DNA from: a virus
Length of the DNA: 64,000 nt
Virus record (IMG/VR): IMGVR_UViG_3300037010_000793
Coordinates: 12,845 to 76,844 of that record
Strand: one strand, 5' to 3'
Shown: positions 40,296-50,983 of the stretch, in pieces
How the letters are laid out: every line of letters starts with the position of its first letter
Position numbering within the stretch: position 1 is the first letter of the stretch
Translations under genes and position numbers: made by a program
The notes under the pieces: generated by a model
What the model was told of the DNA's origin: nothing
The model's input: the letters and a program-made list of their open reading frames with translations, nothing else
Databases searched by the model: none

Positions 40296-40351
40296 TAAAA
40301 ATAATTGAATTATTTTATTCAATACAAACATGATGGTAAAATCTTAATTAC

Positions 40352-40864
40352 TTAGCAGTTATTATCATTTTGAGTGTATGGTGACTGAGCTTTAATAGTC
40401 TCAATACAGCTAGCAATCAATAATTTATGATTTTTCCACCATTTTAACGCGTATGGGTGCATCTTCTGAATCTTTTTGTCTGAGAAGTTTAGCCACTCTT
40501 CATGACTGTAATGAAGATTACCAACGCGAACACTATCTGTATAGATATACGTCTCCCAACCTTGAAGATTAATGATAATAAGAGCAACGCCACGGAGGTC
40601 TGCGTTGTGAAGGTTTACACAACGGAGGTCTGCTCCTCGGACGTCTGCTTTGCGAAGGTCTGCTCCTCGAAGATTTACTCCTTCGAGGTCTACATTACGA
40701 AGATCTACATTACGAAGATCAGCTCCGCCGAGGTCTACGTAGCGAAGGTCTAGACCTCGAAGATCCGCTTTACGAAGGTTCGCACGAACACCACCTTCTT
40801 TACCTTCTAACCATAGCTTATGTAATTTAATGATTTCATTTAACTGTTGTTGAGTTAATTTCAT
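40352..40864 (-). CDS. pentapeptide-repeat protein
   Basis: HKLWL..EGG.RANLR.ADLR..; 15-bp repeats at about 40595-40780. Confidence 0.9.
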   Translation of the reverse strand: MKLTQQQLNEIIKLHKLWLEGKEGGVRANLRKADLRGLDLRYVDLGGADLRNVDLRNVDLEGVNLRGADLRKADVRGADLRCVNLHNADLRGVALIIINLQGWETYIYTDSVRVGNLHYSHEEWLNFSDKKIQKMHPYALKWWKNHKLLIASCIETIKAQSPYTQNDNNC

Positions 40865-40888
40865 ATTCTGTTCTCCGCGTTGTTTAGC

Positions 40889-40941
40889 ATTTGTTCATTT
40901 GTTAGATATATTATAACATGTTGGTTGTGACTTGTAAATAG
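40889..40941 (-). promoter_or_regulatory. early-promoter repeat, family B
   Basis: TTTGTTCATTTGTTAGATATATTATAACA core identical to the 40236 copy. Confidence 0.7.
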
Positions 40942-41206
40942 TTATTTTCTACATAATACACATTAATTTCCAACATTGTTACTGCATTACATATGCTCTG
41001 TACATAATCACAAATTAAATATATTTCAGCGTTAGAAATGAATCCAGAATGGTTAGGTTCACTTGCGGTTATGTTCCATAAAAATTGGCTATAAGACATT
41101 AATGGAAAATATGACAGATGTTTCATTAAGATTGGTTGATACATCGAGAGACAATCAAAATTTAGACTTGATTACTGTTTTAGATAAATCATTACCATTT
41201 GTATTT

Positions 41207-41434
41207 TTATCCTGAATATGGAGAAACTAATGACAATGTTACATCAGTTATGGTTACACGGTCTAAGTTATCTAGCAATTCGTCAGACAAAGATTCTTCA
41301 TAATTAATGAGGATTGTCTGCCCGTAGATTTCAAGGTAATCTTCATAAGGTTTTATAGTGATTGCATCTACTACTTCATGTGTAATAGATGTATCTTTCC
41401 AATAAATTTCAAGAGTGACTTTGTAATGGTGCAT
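41207..41434 (-). CDS. hypothetical protein
   Basis: AGGT RBS. Confidence 0.55.
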   Translation of the reverse strand: MHHYKVTLEIYWKDTSITHEVVDAITIKPYEDYLEIYGQTILINYEESLSDELLDNLDRVTITDVTLSLVSPYSG

Positions 41435-41468
41435 AAAGTATACCTAAATATTGATTACTATGAGTGTT

Positions 41469-41807
41469 TTACACGTTCACCGCAACGAAATGTTCATCGA
41501 GATAAGCATCAACCAATTCTTGAACTTCTTCAAGCTCGAATTTCTTCCCTAGAAGATCCAATTCTTGAATTCTAGCAATCTTCAATGTATTCTCTAAGAA
41601 TGGTGTAATATTATTGAGTCTTTCATCTACACTGCATTTATAGATAACTTCAGCTTGAGAAGACAATAATCCTAAACGGAATGCATCGGTTCCTATTAGC
41701 AAACGAGCCTTTTCCATACAAATATTGAAGAAAATCGTTTGCCAAAGCGTAATGATATCCGGTTCGAATCTCTCGCCAGTTACTTTAGTGTAAAAACATT
41801 TCTTCAC
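41469..41807 (-). CDS. hypothetical protein
   Basis: AAGGA RBS, GTG start. Confidence 0.6.
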   Translation of the reverse strand: MKKCFYTKVTGERFEPDIITLWQTIFFNICMEKARLLIGTDAFRLGLLSSQAEVIYKCSVDERLNNITPFLENTLKIARIQELDLLGKKFELEEVQELVDAYLDEHFVAVNV

Positions 41808-42003
41808 AATAAATTCCTTTTTATAAATATCTAATTGAAATAAAATGATCGTTCTTATGATCTTCAGACCATCTTAACATAGCATTGTATACTATGTTAG
41901 CAGCTATACGACATTTCCTAACATTACCAAAAGAAAATTCTCTATATAGAATTTCAAATTCGATGTTAGTAGAATTAGTATTATTCATGATAGCACCTCG
42001 CTG

Positions 42004-42588
42004 TTAGTAGTACCAAGAACGGTAATGAGTTGCGGTTTCTGGATTTTGAATTTTCGTAGCACGCTTAAATGAGGAGAATTTAATAGAGTCTCCAATTAAA
42101 CGGAATTTTTCAGGTTCTCCAATGAACGTATCTTTAACTGGACGACAATATTCAGAAGCCCAACCATGTACTTTAACAGTTTCCCGAGCGATTTCTCTAA
42201 CGATCACGCTATTAGTTGTAGGTTTATCAATAACTTGATAGTAATCACATTGCGTTTGCTCATACCCCCAATCAGCGTGTAAAATATCACCTACTTGAAT
42301 CACATTAGCATCTTCTTTTTCTTTAACTTTACGTTCGGCTTTATTTTTAATATCCAGTTCAATATTACTAGTGATATTGTTTAATTGAGTTTGAAGATTT
42401 TCGATAAGAGACTCTACTGTTTTAAAACGGTAGCCATAAATCATTTTCTCTTTTTTCAAACGAGCTTTTGGAGTAGGTTTATAGATCGCGCCAGCGATAG
42501 TAGGTGTTACACTATATTCTAGACGGTAGCCGATTTTAGCAAACCCTGAAGAGATAGTTTCTAAAGTTTTGATTTGATTTGAATTCAT
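42004..42588 (-). CDS. conserved hypothetical protein
   Basis: VGDIL...WGYEQT..DYYQV motif. Confidence 0.75.
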   Translation of the reverse strand: MNSNQIKTLETISSGFAKIGYRLEYSVTPTIAGAIYKPTPKARLKKEKMIYGYRFKTVESLIENLQTQLNNITSNIELDIKNKAERKVKEKEDANVIQVGDILHADWGYEQTQCDYYQVIDKPTTNSVIVREIARETVKVHGWASEYCRPVKDTFIGEPEKFRLIGDSIKFSSFKRATKIQNPETATHYRSWYY

Positions 42589-42768
42589 AATATAGACTCC
42601 TAAGAGATTTCAATTTTTAGTTGATAACCTAACCAACTTAGGAGTAATTATAACATAACTAATCAGTAAAGTAAATAGTTTAGCGAATATTTCTTATATT
42701 TTTCTTAACCTTATCCGGTAACTGGTTAAAGGTCATTTCAATGTATTTCACCATTTCGATAAATGTTT

Positions 42769-43413
42769 TCATTTCTTTACAAATAAATTCTTCATAATTA
42801 ATATTACCCGAATATACGGATTACTATCCATACGAATAGTATCAATATTGAATTTAATTTCCCCATTAGCAATGACAATATAGATATATCCTTGAGCTAA
42901 TCCTACTGTTAGATAAAAATGGCTATCATAATTATTATATTGTCTAGATATATCGAATTCCAGAGATCCTAAATTGAAGTCTTCCTTAAGATTCTTTTTG
43001 AGTAAAGATAGATTTAATATGCTGAAAACGTCGCAGAGCTCTGGAAAAGGCTTGGTAAAATCTTGAGAACATTCCATCAAATTGATACTATCAAAAATTA
43101 GTTCGAAAATGGAGAATACGTTTAAATGAATGAAGTTAGCTAACTTGCTTCTACCAATTTTACGAATCTCGGTATATCCATGACCATTGTTACTCGTTTC
43201 TATTACAAGTTTCTTAGTACCTCGAACACGAATATAAAATGGTTCCGTACCAAACTTATTATTATAGCAAAGATAATAATGTACTGTAGGATCCGTCGTA
43301 TTAAGCACCTTTAGAAATTTCATAGATTTAGGGTAGATGTAATTTTTGAATAAATCTACAGCTGGGATTTTGAATAAATCGGTGCCAATAGGAAGTCTAA
43401 GTTTTGCTTTCAT
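42769..43413 (-). CDS. hypothetical protein
   Basis: likely start MKAKLRL; the longer call runs through a hairpin at 43457-43488. Confidence 0.6.
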   Translation of the reverse strand: MKAKLRLPIGTDLFKIPAVDLFKNYIYPKSMKFLKVLNTTDPTVHYYLCYNNKFGTEPFYIRVRGTKKLVIETSNNGHGYTEIRKIGRSKLANFIHLNVFSIFELIFDSINLMECSQDFTKPFPELCDVFSILNLSLLKKNLKEDFNLGSLEFDISRQYNNYDSHFYLTVGLAQGYIYIVIANGEIKFNIDTIRMDSNPYIRVILIMKNLFVKK

Positions 43414-43570
43414 TTTTGTCTCGCAGTTCATGTGATTAGTTTTATATTGGCATCTTATAGAGATCCATTCCATTAGCGGATCTCTATTTCAGTGATGACA
43501 TTTTTAAGAAAATGTTGCACCGCTGATGTCTACAGCGCCGGACCATGATGGTAAAATGTTTTGTTCTTCA

Positions 43571-44032
43571 TCAATGCTTTAGCATTGCTTTGATATGAAG
43601 TATAGCTGCCTCACGACCTAAATTATTACAGGGATAACACAAATTATTCTCAGACAAAAATTTACACCAAGTGCCATCATTGTATATCATTAATTTATGT
43701 AAACTTGTACAATCTACAGATGGGTGATAGAAATGTTCACCTGAAGTCGGTTTAAACGAGATATTAGGGACTTCAATCCCATTAATCAATTTAACACCTA
43801 CTGGTTTTACAGGAGCATTAATCTGACATTCATCCCAAAACAAAGACTGGGTTTGTATTGTATGCATACAATACCCTTCCACGGTAAAGAAAATAGTTTG
43901 ATCAACTAAATTTATGAAACGAACGTAAATAGCATATGTTTTACCTGCTTCTACACGATCAATTTCACCCCAGCCAAATGTATGGGAAAAGACGCGATCA
44001 CCGACTTTAGCGGTTTCAAATGTAGTCGTCAT
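43571..44032 (-). CDS. 'GWG' paralog family protein
   Basis: TFETAKVGDRVFSHTFGWG...QSLFW...NGIEVPNISFKP...AAILHIKAML. Confidence 0.75.
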   Translation of the reverse strand: MTTTFETAKVGDRVFSHTFGWGEIDRVEAGKTYAIYVRFINLVDQTIFFTVEGYCMHTIQTQSLFWDECQINAPVKPVGVKLINGIEVPNISFKPTSGEHFYHPSVDCTSLHKLMIYNDGTWCKFLSENNLCYPCNNLGREAAILHIKAMLKH

Positions 44033-44056
44033 GTCTAAATTCCTTTATGGTTAATA

Positions 44057-44110
44057 TTTGTTCAATGTTAGATATATTATAACACGTCTGAAGTAAAAAG
44101 TAAACAGTTT
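44057..44110 (-). promoter_or_regulatory. early-promoter repeat, family B
   Basis: GTTTAC...TATAATATATCTAACATTGAACAAA. Confidence 0.7.
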
Positions 44111-44122
44111 ATTGCAATTCTA

Positions 44123-44515
44123 CTAACTATTTTCCCAACATGTACTGTGGTCATACACGGCCGAACTATCTGCAGGATTGTAAGGCATAATTCGAGTAAT
44201 TACCTCACGATCGCTGGATACATCAACACGAAAACAACTAGCTAGAGTAGGGTGTTCTGAAACCAACCAAACTAAAGAGTCATGGTTCATTTTACTAATC
44301 TGTTCAATAACAAACGACCTAATGTCTTCAAGTGGTACAGTTGGTTCCTGAACAATTCGAATTACAGTATTCATATTAAGATCACCTTTACGATTATCTA
44401 AATTATGTTTTAGCTCATCAATCGTGATGTCTTTAAATGTAACAACAGCCTCATTATCCTGGTGTTTACCTCTACCCTCAACGAATTCGTATACAATACT
44501 ATATGTGTTTTTCAT
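44123..44515 (-). CDS. hypothetical protein
   Basis: 130 aa ORF. Confidence 0.6.
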   Translation of the reverse strand: MKNTYSIVYEFVEGRGKHQDNEAVVTFKDITIDELKHNLDNRKGDLNMNTVIRIVQEPTVPLEDIRSFVIEQISKMNHDSLVWLVSEHPTLASCFRVDVSSDREVITRIMPYNPADSSAVYDHSTCWENS

Positions 44516-44533
44516 TTTGTCACCAATTAATGT

Positions 44534-44902
44534 TTATTGAATTTTAACAGCTTTAACAGCTTTTTCAACACAAGCAAAATCATTTTCAGATAAATCAGCA
44601 TGGTATTTCAATTCAAACTGAAGAAAAGTATCACCTGAGTCATAAACGCGAATACTATCCCAATTAGAGCAGCTGATTCCGTCTGCTAGTTGACAATCAA
44701 CGTCATTAACTAAAGTTGTGTCTAATTCGATTGACTCAACATTAATAAACGTGATGATAATAGTTTGTGTATCCACTTGCTTCCATTCTACAGAAGATGG
44801 ATGTTGATTGGTTGAGACCCACTGTGATTGTTCACCTTCAGCGATACTCTGAATATAAACAATCTCATGTTTTACACCAGTGTTTGGATCAATTACATAC
44901 AT
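44534..44902 (-). CDS. hypothetical protein
   Basis: GGAG RBS. Confidence 0.6.
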   Translation of the reverse strand: MYVIDPNTGVKHEIVYIQSIAEGEQSQWVSTNQHPSSVEWKQVDTQTIIITFINVESIELDTTLVNDVDCQLADGISCSNWDSIRVYDSGDTFLQFELKYHADLSENDFACVEKAVKAVKIQ

Positions 44903-45037
44903 TAAAATAAAACTCCATTAAAATAAATTTAAGCACTACAGCGACACCAAAATGATGCTAGCTATAGTTACCCAATCATTAATAATTAGATAATTAAGCA
45001 GGGACAATCTGGTGTAATCCTATTACAGTTTAATGAC

Positions 45038-45802
45038 CTACTTATTCAAAGCAAGTAGCTGTTTATTTTTCCAGTTATCATCTACTTTCTTCATATCAGC
45101 CTTGTAGAATACATGATCTCCAATAACAGTTCTCGTTTTCTTATCCATATAAGGAATCCAGCTAGTCTGTCGCTCTACCTTAAGAGTGCAATAATGGTCA
45201 AACTTATGTTTTAATTTGCCTGCCTTATACTTCTTGATAGTCTCGTTAGCAATAATATTAGCGTTATTCCAAGCAACCATAGATTTAGTATCAGAACCGA
45301 TGACCCGATTATCAATACCTTCACAGTACCATGAAAAGTGGCATTTGTTTAATACTAGTTGTTTTTTATCAGGTGATGTATAAGCGTGTTTAACAACTTG
45401 ACATATATTATTATCACCGAACATACCAACTCTGCTAACTGTAGTTTCGGCTTGGGTGATTTGACCTGAGTTTAATTGATTAGCGGCTTCAAAGAAAATG
45501 TTAACAGCAAGACATGTTTGATCATCTTCGAGCTTTAGATATTTTTTATCAATTTTGCTATACACTGTTGGAATGTTTATGTAACGATTATCTTTGTTAG
45601 TTGAATCAATAAAGTCTGGGTCATTACCATCAATGGATATTTGCGGTTTATTAATGGTTAAAACTTCAGCGTTATTAGCAGGTGTTACTAGCTGAACTTC
45701 TACTGTGCCTGGTTGTCTTAAGTGTAGGTATTGAAGATACCCCATAATAATCACAGTTACCGCGAAAATAGCTGAGTATTTGTACTTCGAGGCTACTAAC
45801 AT
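45038..45802 (-). CDS. cell-wall hydrolase (SleB/Hydrolase_2 family), membrane-anchored
   Basis: CLAVNIFFEA, ICQVV, CHFSWYC, IGDHVFY. Confidence 0.85.
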   Translation of the reverse strand: MLVASKYKYSAIFAVTVIIMGYLQYLHLRQPGTVEVQLVTPANNAEVLTINKPQISIDGNDPDFIDSTNKDNRYINIPTVYSKIDKKYLKLEDDQTCLAVNIFFEAANQLNSGQITQAETTVSRVGMFGDNNICQVVKHAYTSPDKKQLVLNKCHFSWYCEGIDNRVIGSDTKSMVAWNNANIIANETIKKYKAGKLKHKFDHYCTLKVERQTSWIPYMDKKTRTVIGDHVFYKADMKKVDDNWKNKQLLALNK

Positions 45803-45867
45803 AAAAAGAATCCTATTTCAATCAAATAAATGTAATTATATCACACGTATTGAATAATGTAAATCGT

Positions 45868-46359
45868 TTATTGTGATAAAATATCAGCAATGATTGCTTT
45901 TTGTGTATTACTAAGGTTACGTTTTTGTCCTAGTGAACTACAAGTTTCAATAATCTCTGCTTTACGCTTTTCGCTTGGCTGATCTGATACGTTGTAAAGA
46001 AAGTCAATTAGCTTTAATGTCAAAGCCCATGAACTCATTCCAAGCATCTTTTTCAATTGATATGCACCCTTACCAATCAATTCAACCATTGTCTTATCGT
46101 TAGACAACTCTAACACAAGCGAGGCAACCAATGGGGTAGTTTGCTCTGCTAATTCATGGAATGTAATATCGCAATCTTCAAGAACATCATGCAAAATCAT
46201 AGCAGAAATGAGTTCATCAGCACGATGAGAATTCGGTTTGTACTTAGCTAGCAGATACGAACAACCGATAGGATGTGCAATGTATTCATGACCGTTACCT
46301 TTGCGGACTTGACCTTTGTGTAATTCATCTGCTAAGCGCATAGATTTTACTACTAACAT
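45868..46359 (-). CDS. SpoT/Mesh1-like HD hydrolase ((p)ppGpp hydrolase domain)
   Basis: AxxLHKGQVRK..G..YIAHP, LHDVLED, KLID...N. Confidence 0.85.
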   Translation of the reverse strand: MLVVKSMRLADELHKGQVRKGNGHEYIAHPIGCSYLLAKYKPNSHRADELISAMILHDVLEDCDITFHELAEQTTPLVASLVLELSNDKTMVELIGKGAYQLKKMLGMSSWALTLKLIDFLYNVSDQPSEKRKAEIIETCSSLGQKRNLSNTQKAIIADILSQ

Positions 46360-46384
46360 AATACTGTACCTCGGTGTGAATTAA

Positions 46385-46435
46385 TTTAACTTATAGATAT
46401 TATAACATAGCACATACAAAAAGTACACTGTTTTG
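46385..46435 (-). promoter_or_regulatory. early-promoter repeat, family A
   Basis: TTTAACTTATAGATATTATAACATAGC...AAAAGTACACTGTTTTG on plus. Confidence 0.75.
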
Positions 46436-46464
46436 TTAGTTATTTTATCATTTAAGCTTTACTT

Positions 46465-46776
46465 CTAATGACCATAGTTACACCCAAATTCAAAAACAAT
46501 GTCTTCAATAGAATCAATTGTTACCATCCTATCAGTGTGACCGCAGCAGGTGATCAGTTTTCCGTATTCTTCTTCGTTATTATAAACTTCATCGCCGCAA
46601 GAAACAATACGAATACGAAAAGAATCTTGATAATTATCTTGATCAAATTCGTCAACAAATCCCTGAAATTTAGTTAAAATATCAGTTGCTGATTGCGGTG
46701 TAAAAGCATTATGTAAGTTAGCAATACCTTCAGCAGATGCCAAGTCGAAAACTGTAATTAATTCAGGCGATGTCAT
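46465..46776 (-). CDS. hypothetical protein
   Basis: CCG...GCNYGH C-terminus. Confidence 0.7.
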   Translation of the reverse strand: MTSPELITVFDLASAEGIANLHNAFTPQSATDILTKFQGFVDEFDQDNYQDSFRIRIVSCGDEVYNNEEEYGKLITCCGHTDRMVTIDSIEDIVFEFGCNYGH

Positions 46777-46795
46777 TTGATTTTCATATCTCTAT

Positions 46796-46848
46796 TTGTT
46801 TAACTTATGAGTATTATAACATAACTCCAGACAAAAGTATACTGTTTT
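46796..46848 (-). promoter_or_regulatory. early-promoter repeat, family A
   Basis: TTTAACTTATGAGTATTATAACATAACTCCAGACAAAAGTATACTGTTTT on plus. Confidence 0.8.
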
Positions 46849-46856
46849 GATGAGTT

Positions 46857-47294
46857 TTATTTGTTATTGGTAGTAATATTATCTAGTTTGTGAGACACTA
46901 ACTCTAGTTTTTTCTTAAGCAACTCACGTTCATCAATCAGCAGTTGACGCTTATTCTCCTGCGCTTGATTAAGACGTTTAGTCATGTCTTCAACTGTTTC
47001 CATCACAAAAAGATCGTATACAAGCGTTGTACAACAGTATGGATCAGTATCAATCCAACTAAACTCTAAAATCCATCCAACAGATGATGCCATTTCCTGC
47101 ATGTTAGCTAATAGAAAAGTATACTCTTTTACATCCGTTACGACAGAGGCATCACCGTCCATAATAAGTTGAATACGGCTCCAATAACTAAGAAATGTAG
47201 AATATGCAGGACATTCACAACTGAGTTCTACACCAGTTTTATAAACATCTGCGTTATGTCTTGACGATGATAATAAAATCTTTCTAGGTTGCAT
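46857..47294 (-). CDS. hypothetical protein
   Basis: AGGAG RBS. Confidence 0.65.
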   Translation of the reverse strand: MQPRKILLSSSRHNADVYKTGVELSCECPAYSTFLSYWSRIQLIMDGDASVVTDVKEYTFLLANMQEMASSVGWILEFSWIDTDPYCCTTLVYDLFVMETVEDMTKRLNQAQENKRQLLIDERELLKKKLELVSHKLDNITTNNK

Positions 47295-47334
47295 ATATTA
47301 GTTACTCTCCTTTGTGCTAATTTCTAAATTCAGT

Positions 47335-47686
47335 TTACATCTCTAAATGCAATGGATATCTCACATCCATAATATCAGGGTGTTGATAACGAGTACCAGC
47401 TTCTGTAGGATGAAAGCTGATGTCTGGTACCTCTACACCGCTGTCAACTGTTCTTCTGGTTTCTTAGGCTTTCAATTTATACCTTATCCCAAAATAAAGA
47501 CTGGGTTGGTTTATCCATATCGTGATAGCCTTCTAATGTAAAATATTCATATTCATTATTGCGGGAGAATCTTACATAGAGAGGATGATTAGCATGCTCA
47601 TGTATAACAAGAATTTCACCCCAACCAAATATAGGTGAATAGACCTTGTCACCTTCTTTAGCATATTCAAATGTTTTAGTTAACAT
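47335..47686 (-). pseudogene. 'GWG' family copy, nonsense plus frameshift
   Basis: TFEYAKEGDKVYSPIFGWG..QSLFWDKV*, then GVEVPDISFHP in a shifted frame. Confidence 0.7.
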
Positions 47687-47704
47687 ATTTTTGTTCTCCG
47701 TGTT

Positions 47705-47762
47705 GTTTGTTCATTTGATGGATACATTATATCAAGAACGTTAGGCAATGTAAACAGTTTTG
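47705..47762 (-). promoter_or_regulatory. early-promoter repeat, family B
   Basis: GTTTAC...GATATAAT...AAATGAACAAAC. Confidence 0.7.
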
Positions 47763-47930
47763 TGAAAATATTTCAATTATTTTCAGTAGGTCCTATAATC
47801 GCCTCTACAACACCAAAATCTATACAATGGTAAAATACCTATCAGTCTAGCCGTTAGAGTTCAACCTGGGGACTTTATGGAGGTTTGATGGTGTATAAAG
47901 AAAAAGGCTGTATATTAAACATATTCAATA

Positions 47931-48230
47931 TTATTTTGTGTCCAGACTGTTAAACCGATTATTAGTCCAGCGGTTAATATTTTCCGGAATAGAATCAAAT
48001 ATAGAGATGACGTTGTATTTGTTAAGCAATATAGGACTCAAAAAATTGGACTTTAGTTCCATATTGTTTCTATCTTGATATACCGATGCCATATATAATT
48101 CTGCATTCGGTGCGCCAATAGAAAATCGAACATTATCAATATTCTTATTGATCCATTTCATAGTAATATCGGGATGAAATTCATCCCTAGTTGTTAGAAA
48201 ACAACACGATGGGCATTTTGTATTAACCAC
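47931..48230 (-). CDS. hypothetical protein (may be 5'-truncated)
   Basis: 99 aa ORF. Confidence 0.45.
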   Translation of the reverse strand: MVNTKCPSCCFLTTRDEFHPDITMKWINKNIDNVRFSIGAPNAELYMASVYQDRNNMELKSNFLSPILLNKYNVISIFDSIPENINRWTNNRFNSLDTK

Positions 48231-48326
48231 ATTGAGACCATAAATTTTACTGTTTCGTCTATCAATGTACCATTTAAATCAATAACTATGCATTTCGGTT
48301 TTGACAGATTTGGTACATATTGGTAA

Positions 48327-48578
48327 CTAACGTTGTAATCCATAATATTGTCTGATTGCATATAAACCTGCTAAAATATCTTTAATTTGTTTTTCATGAT
48401 CTGCTGGATAACCAAGATTTTCGGTAATTTGTTTAGTCTCCGGATCAAAATGTACCAATGTACCGTTTTTAATGTATATATTTTCTGGTACACATCCGCC
48501 TTCAATCTGATTGAGCGCATCAGCTAAATCAATAGTAACACTGGTTGATGCACGTACAATTAATGTTTTCATAGGCAT
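48327..48578 (-). CDS. hypothetical protein
   Basis: GGAG RBS, promoter upstream. Confidence 0.65.
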   Translation of the reverse strand: MPMKTLIVRASTSVTIDLADALNQIEGGCVPENIYIKNGTLVHFDPETKQITENLGYPADHEKQIKDILAGLYAIRQYYGLQR

Positions 48579-48600
48579 GAAGTCTCCGTACTCTTTGGTA

Positions 48601-48660
48601 TTTGTTTATTTGATTGATATATTATAACAAGAACAATGGGTAACGTAAACAGCAAAAATG
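48601..48660 (-). promoter_or_regulatory. early-promoter repeat, family B
   Basis: GATATATTATAACAAGAAC...GTAAACAGCAAAA on plus. Confidence 0.7.
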
Positions 48661-48699
48661 CAATTTTATGATAATATGATGGTGTATTTCTTTAATATG

Positions 48700-49403
48700 T
48701 AGTATTACCACTTCATTCAACTGCAATAAAAATTAGACAGTGCGCATCTAATTCGACTCATAATATATATATATATATATATGTTGATCTCTTTATAAAG
48801 CAATAAGATAAAATGCGCCAAGAATTGCTCGAGCTGTTTTCTTCAATACGATATCAGTATTCATATCAAATTGACTGATTTTATAGTAGTTTGAAAAGTC
48901 ACGAGCAGCCAAGACTATACCTGTATCATTAATCTGTTTGACCCAATATTCTACATTATATAATGTATCAACTGTGGTAAACTCGTCTGGATTGGGTAAT
49001 ATGACTTGCTTATCGTACCTACCGTAAAATTTAGCATGTTCTTCATCCCACAACATCTCGCCGAGTTGCTTTGGATCGAACTCATGACCATTCCTAGCGT
49101 ATAGACTGGATAGGCGGTTGTACCTAGTGGCAATATTCTCTTCGATAGTAGAATCGTTACCATAATCGTCGTTGGAAAAATCTCGTAAGTATTCTATTAT
49201 AGTATTCTCCGAGTAGAATGTGTGGAACACCATACTTCTACCGTATGAAATTGGAACCATGAAGTTACCTGTTTCAGATGAATACTCATACCCATTGCCA
49301 ATAACAAACAATAGATGATACATCACATGTATTGGATATTGGTTAGTGCTTGGGCAGGTAGTCTGAGTTTCTCGAATGAACTGAGCCAACCAATTATCCC
49401 CAT
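48700..49403 (-). pseudogene. degraded duplicate of 32477..33172
   Basis: ATG 49403 out of frame (extra G's); 3' frameshift and (AT)10 tract. Confidence 0.75.
48763..48782. repeat. (AT)10 microsatellite
   Basis: atatatatatatatatatat. Confidence 0.9.
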
Positions 49404-49617
49404 CAGTAAATTCCTGCTAATTATTACCATCACTGTTCTGAGATGTATCAGCCGTTGCAGACTCTTGCTCAATCATTTGTGTAGTGTTAAAAATATCTTT
49501 ATTAAACTCTTCTGATACACAGTACTTACTAGCTAGTTCTTCCCATACATCGAATGATTTTCTTGTTAGATCATTTGACAGCTGGCACGTTGTCATTTAG
49601 CAAATCTCCTAGCTAAG

Positions 49618-50087
49618 TTAACGAATACCGGGCATTGCTTTGGTATGAAGTATCGATGCTTGTTTGCCTTCTTCTGTAAATGGATAGTATACAACATTGG
49701 TGCTTAGACGTTTATTTGTTGCATCTGGTAAGTAATATACATGACGATATAACTCTGAATAACTTAGTAAAGGGGCGTAACAGTCGATGTACGAATTAGG
49801 CTTAAAAGAAATATCTGGAATATCAACCCCATTAATTAGTTTCATACGAACTGGTTGTTCAGTTGCTTCGATTTTAATCTCTGTCCAGAACAACGTTCGA
49901 TTTTGGTTATGAGTTTCTATACCTTGAAATGTATAGCTACGTGTATTATCATCGGAAAATTTAACCACGACAGGAAAAATACTAAAGCTTTGTGGTGATA
50001 GTCGTATTCCTACCACTTTACCCAACCGTAAACGATGGAAAAAACGTTATCGCCTGATTGTGCGTTTTCAAATGTAGTTGTTTTCAT
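49618..50087 (-). pseudogene. 'GWG' family copy, one-base frameshift at GWG
   Basis: MKTTTFENAQSGDNVFSIVYGW then shifts frame to GKVVG...LFW...NGVDIPDISFKP...EEGKQASILHTKAM. Confidence 0.75.
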
Positions 50088-50114
50088 ATACTATCACCTA
50101 TTATTGGTTGTTAA

Positions 50115-50534
50115 TTATGATGCTTTTAACACGTTTGATACAAATTCTTCTAAATCATCAAACTCACTGACAAGCCCATCATAACTGTAGGTGTTACTAT
50201 AAGCCTTTGAGTACAAAATATCAAACACAGCGTCAGAAAGGTGTTTGTTTTCATCGCGCAATGCTTCTCTGAATAACTTCAATGCAGTATCTGATACTTT
50301 ACGCTTAATTTCTTTGATATTAGCTACAAGATTAACTGAAGATACTGTAGCTGTTTTATCAACTAGAATAGAGAAAGCGGCTGCATCTTCATAGTTGCTA
50401 AATTCACGAACTTCACCGTTTTTGTAAGCATGATATACAAAATCTAACTTAACGGGTGTATTGGATTTGTAATCAGAATAAGAAACTTGGTTTTAAGTAC
50501 AAGCGATCTTAACATATTCTTCAAATTTTTTCAT
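50115..50534 (-). pseudogene. hypothetical gene with in-frame TAA at codon 14
   Basis: MKKFEEYVKIACT*NQVSY... 140 codons, AGGA RBS and promoter repeat upstream. Confidence 0.7.
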
Positions 50535-50554
50535 TTTGTTTCTTCCTACGTTCG

Positions 50555-50613
50555 TTTAACTTATGGATATTATAACATAGCTCAAGTCAAAAGTATACTG
50601 TTTTGTTTAAAAT
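50555..50613 (-). promoter_or_regulatory. early-promoter repeat, family A
   Basis: TTTAACTTATGGATATTATAACATAGCTC...CAAAAGTATACTGTTTTGTTTAAAAT on plus. Confidence 0.8.
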
Positions 50614-50983
50614 TTTAGTAAACCATTAGTAGTATTCTGCTTGTTATAAAAGCTGAGCGATAACCTTCTTGAAAATCTAACTTAATACATGAGCAAAAGT
50701 ATTTGGTAATTTGATGTCAACACTAAACCATTTTACGCGAGGTTCATTTCATTATCTCTCATTTATATACATTATAACCTATAGTAGCTACAGTTATTAT
50801 CCATGTAAGTACCAGTGATAACATTGTAACTATCACTATCCAATACTGCTTCTACACTACTTGAGTATACTTATGATATGATTAGATTAGCCTCATAGTC
50901 TGACATCTTCTGTGTTAGCCGGTATGTGCTAGGAACAGCAATGTCTTGCGACAATATATAACCTATCAACTCTTTTATGTTTT

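Noticed and set aside
13525-50495. Genome-wide stop-codon reassignment
   Set aside because: TAA, TAG and TGA all terminate normal genes here and long genes have no internal stops; lesions are mixed nonsense and indels.
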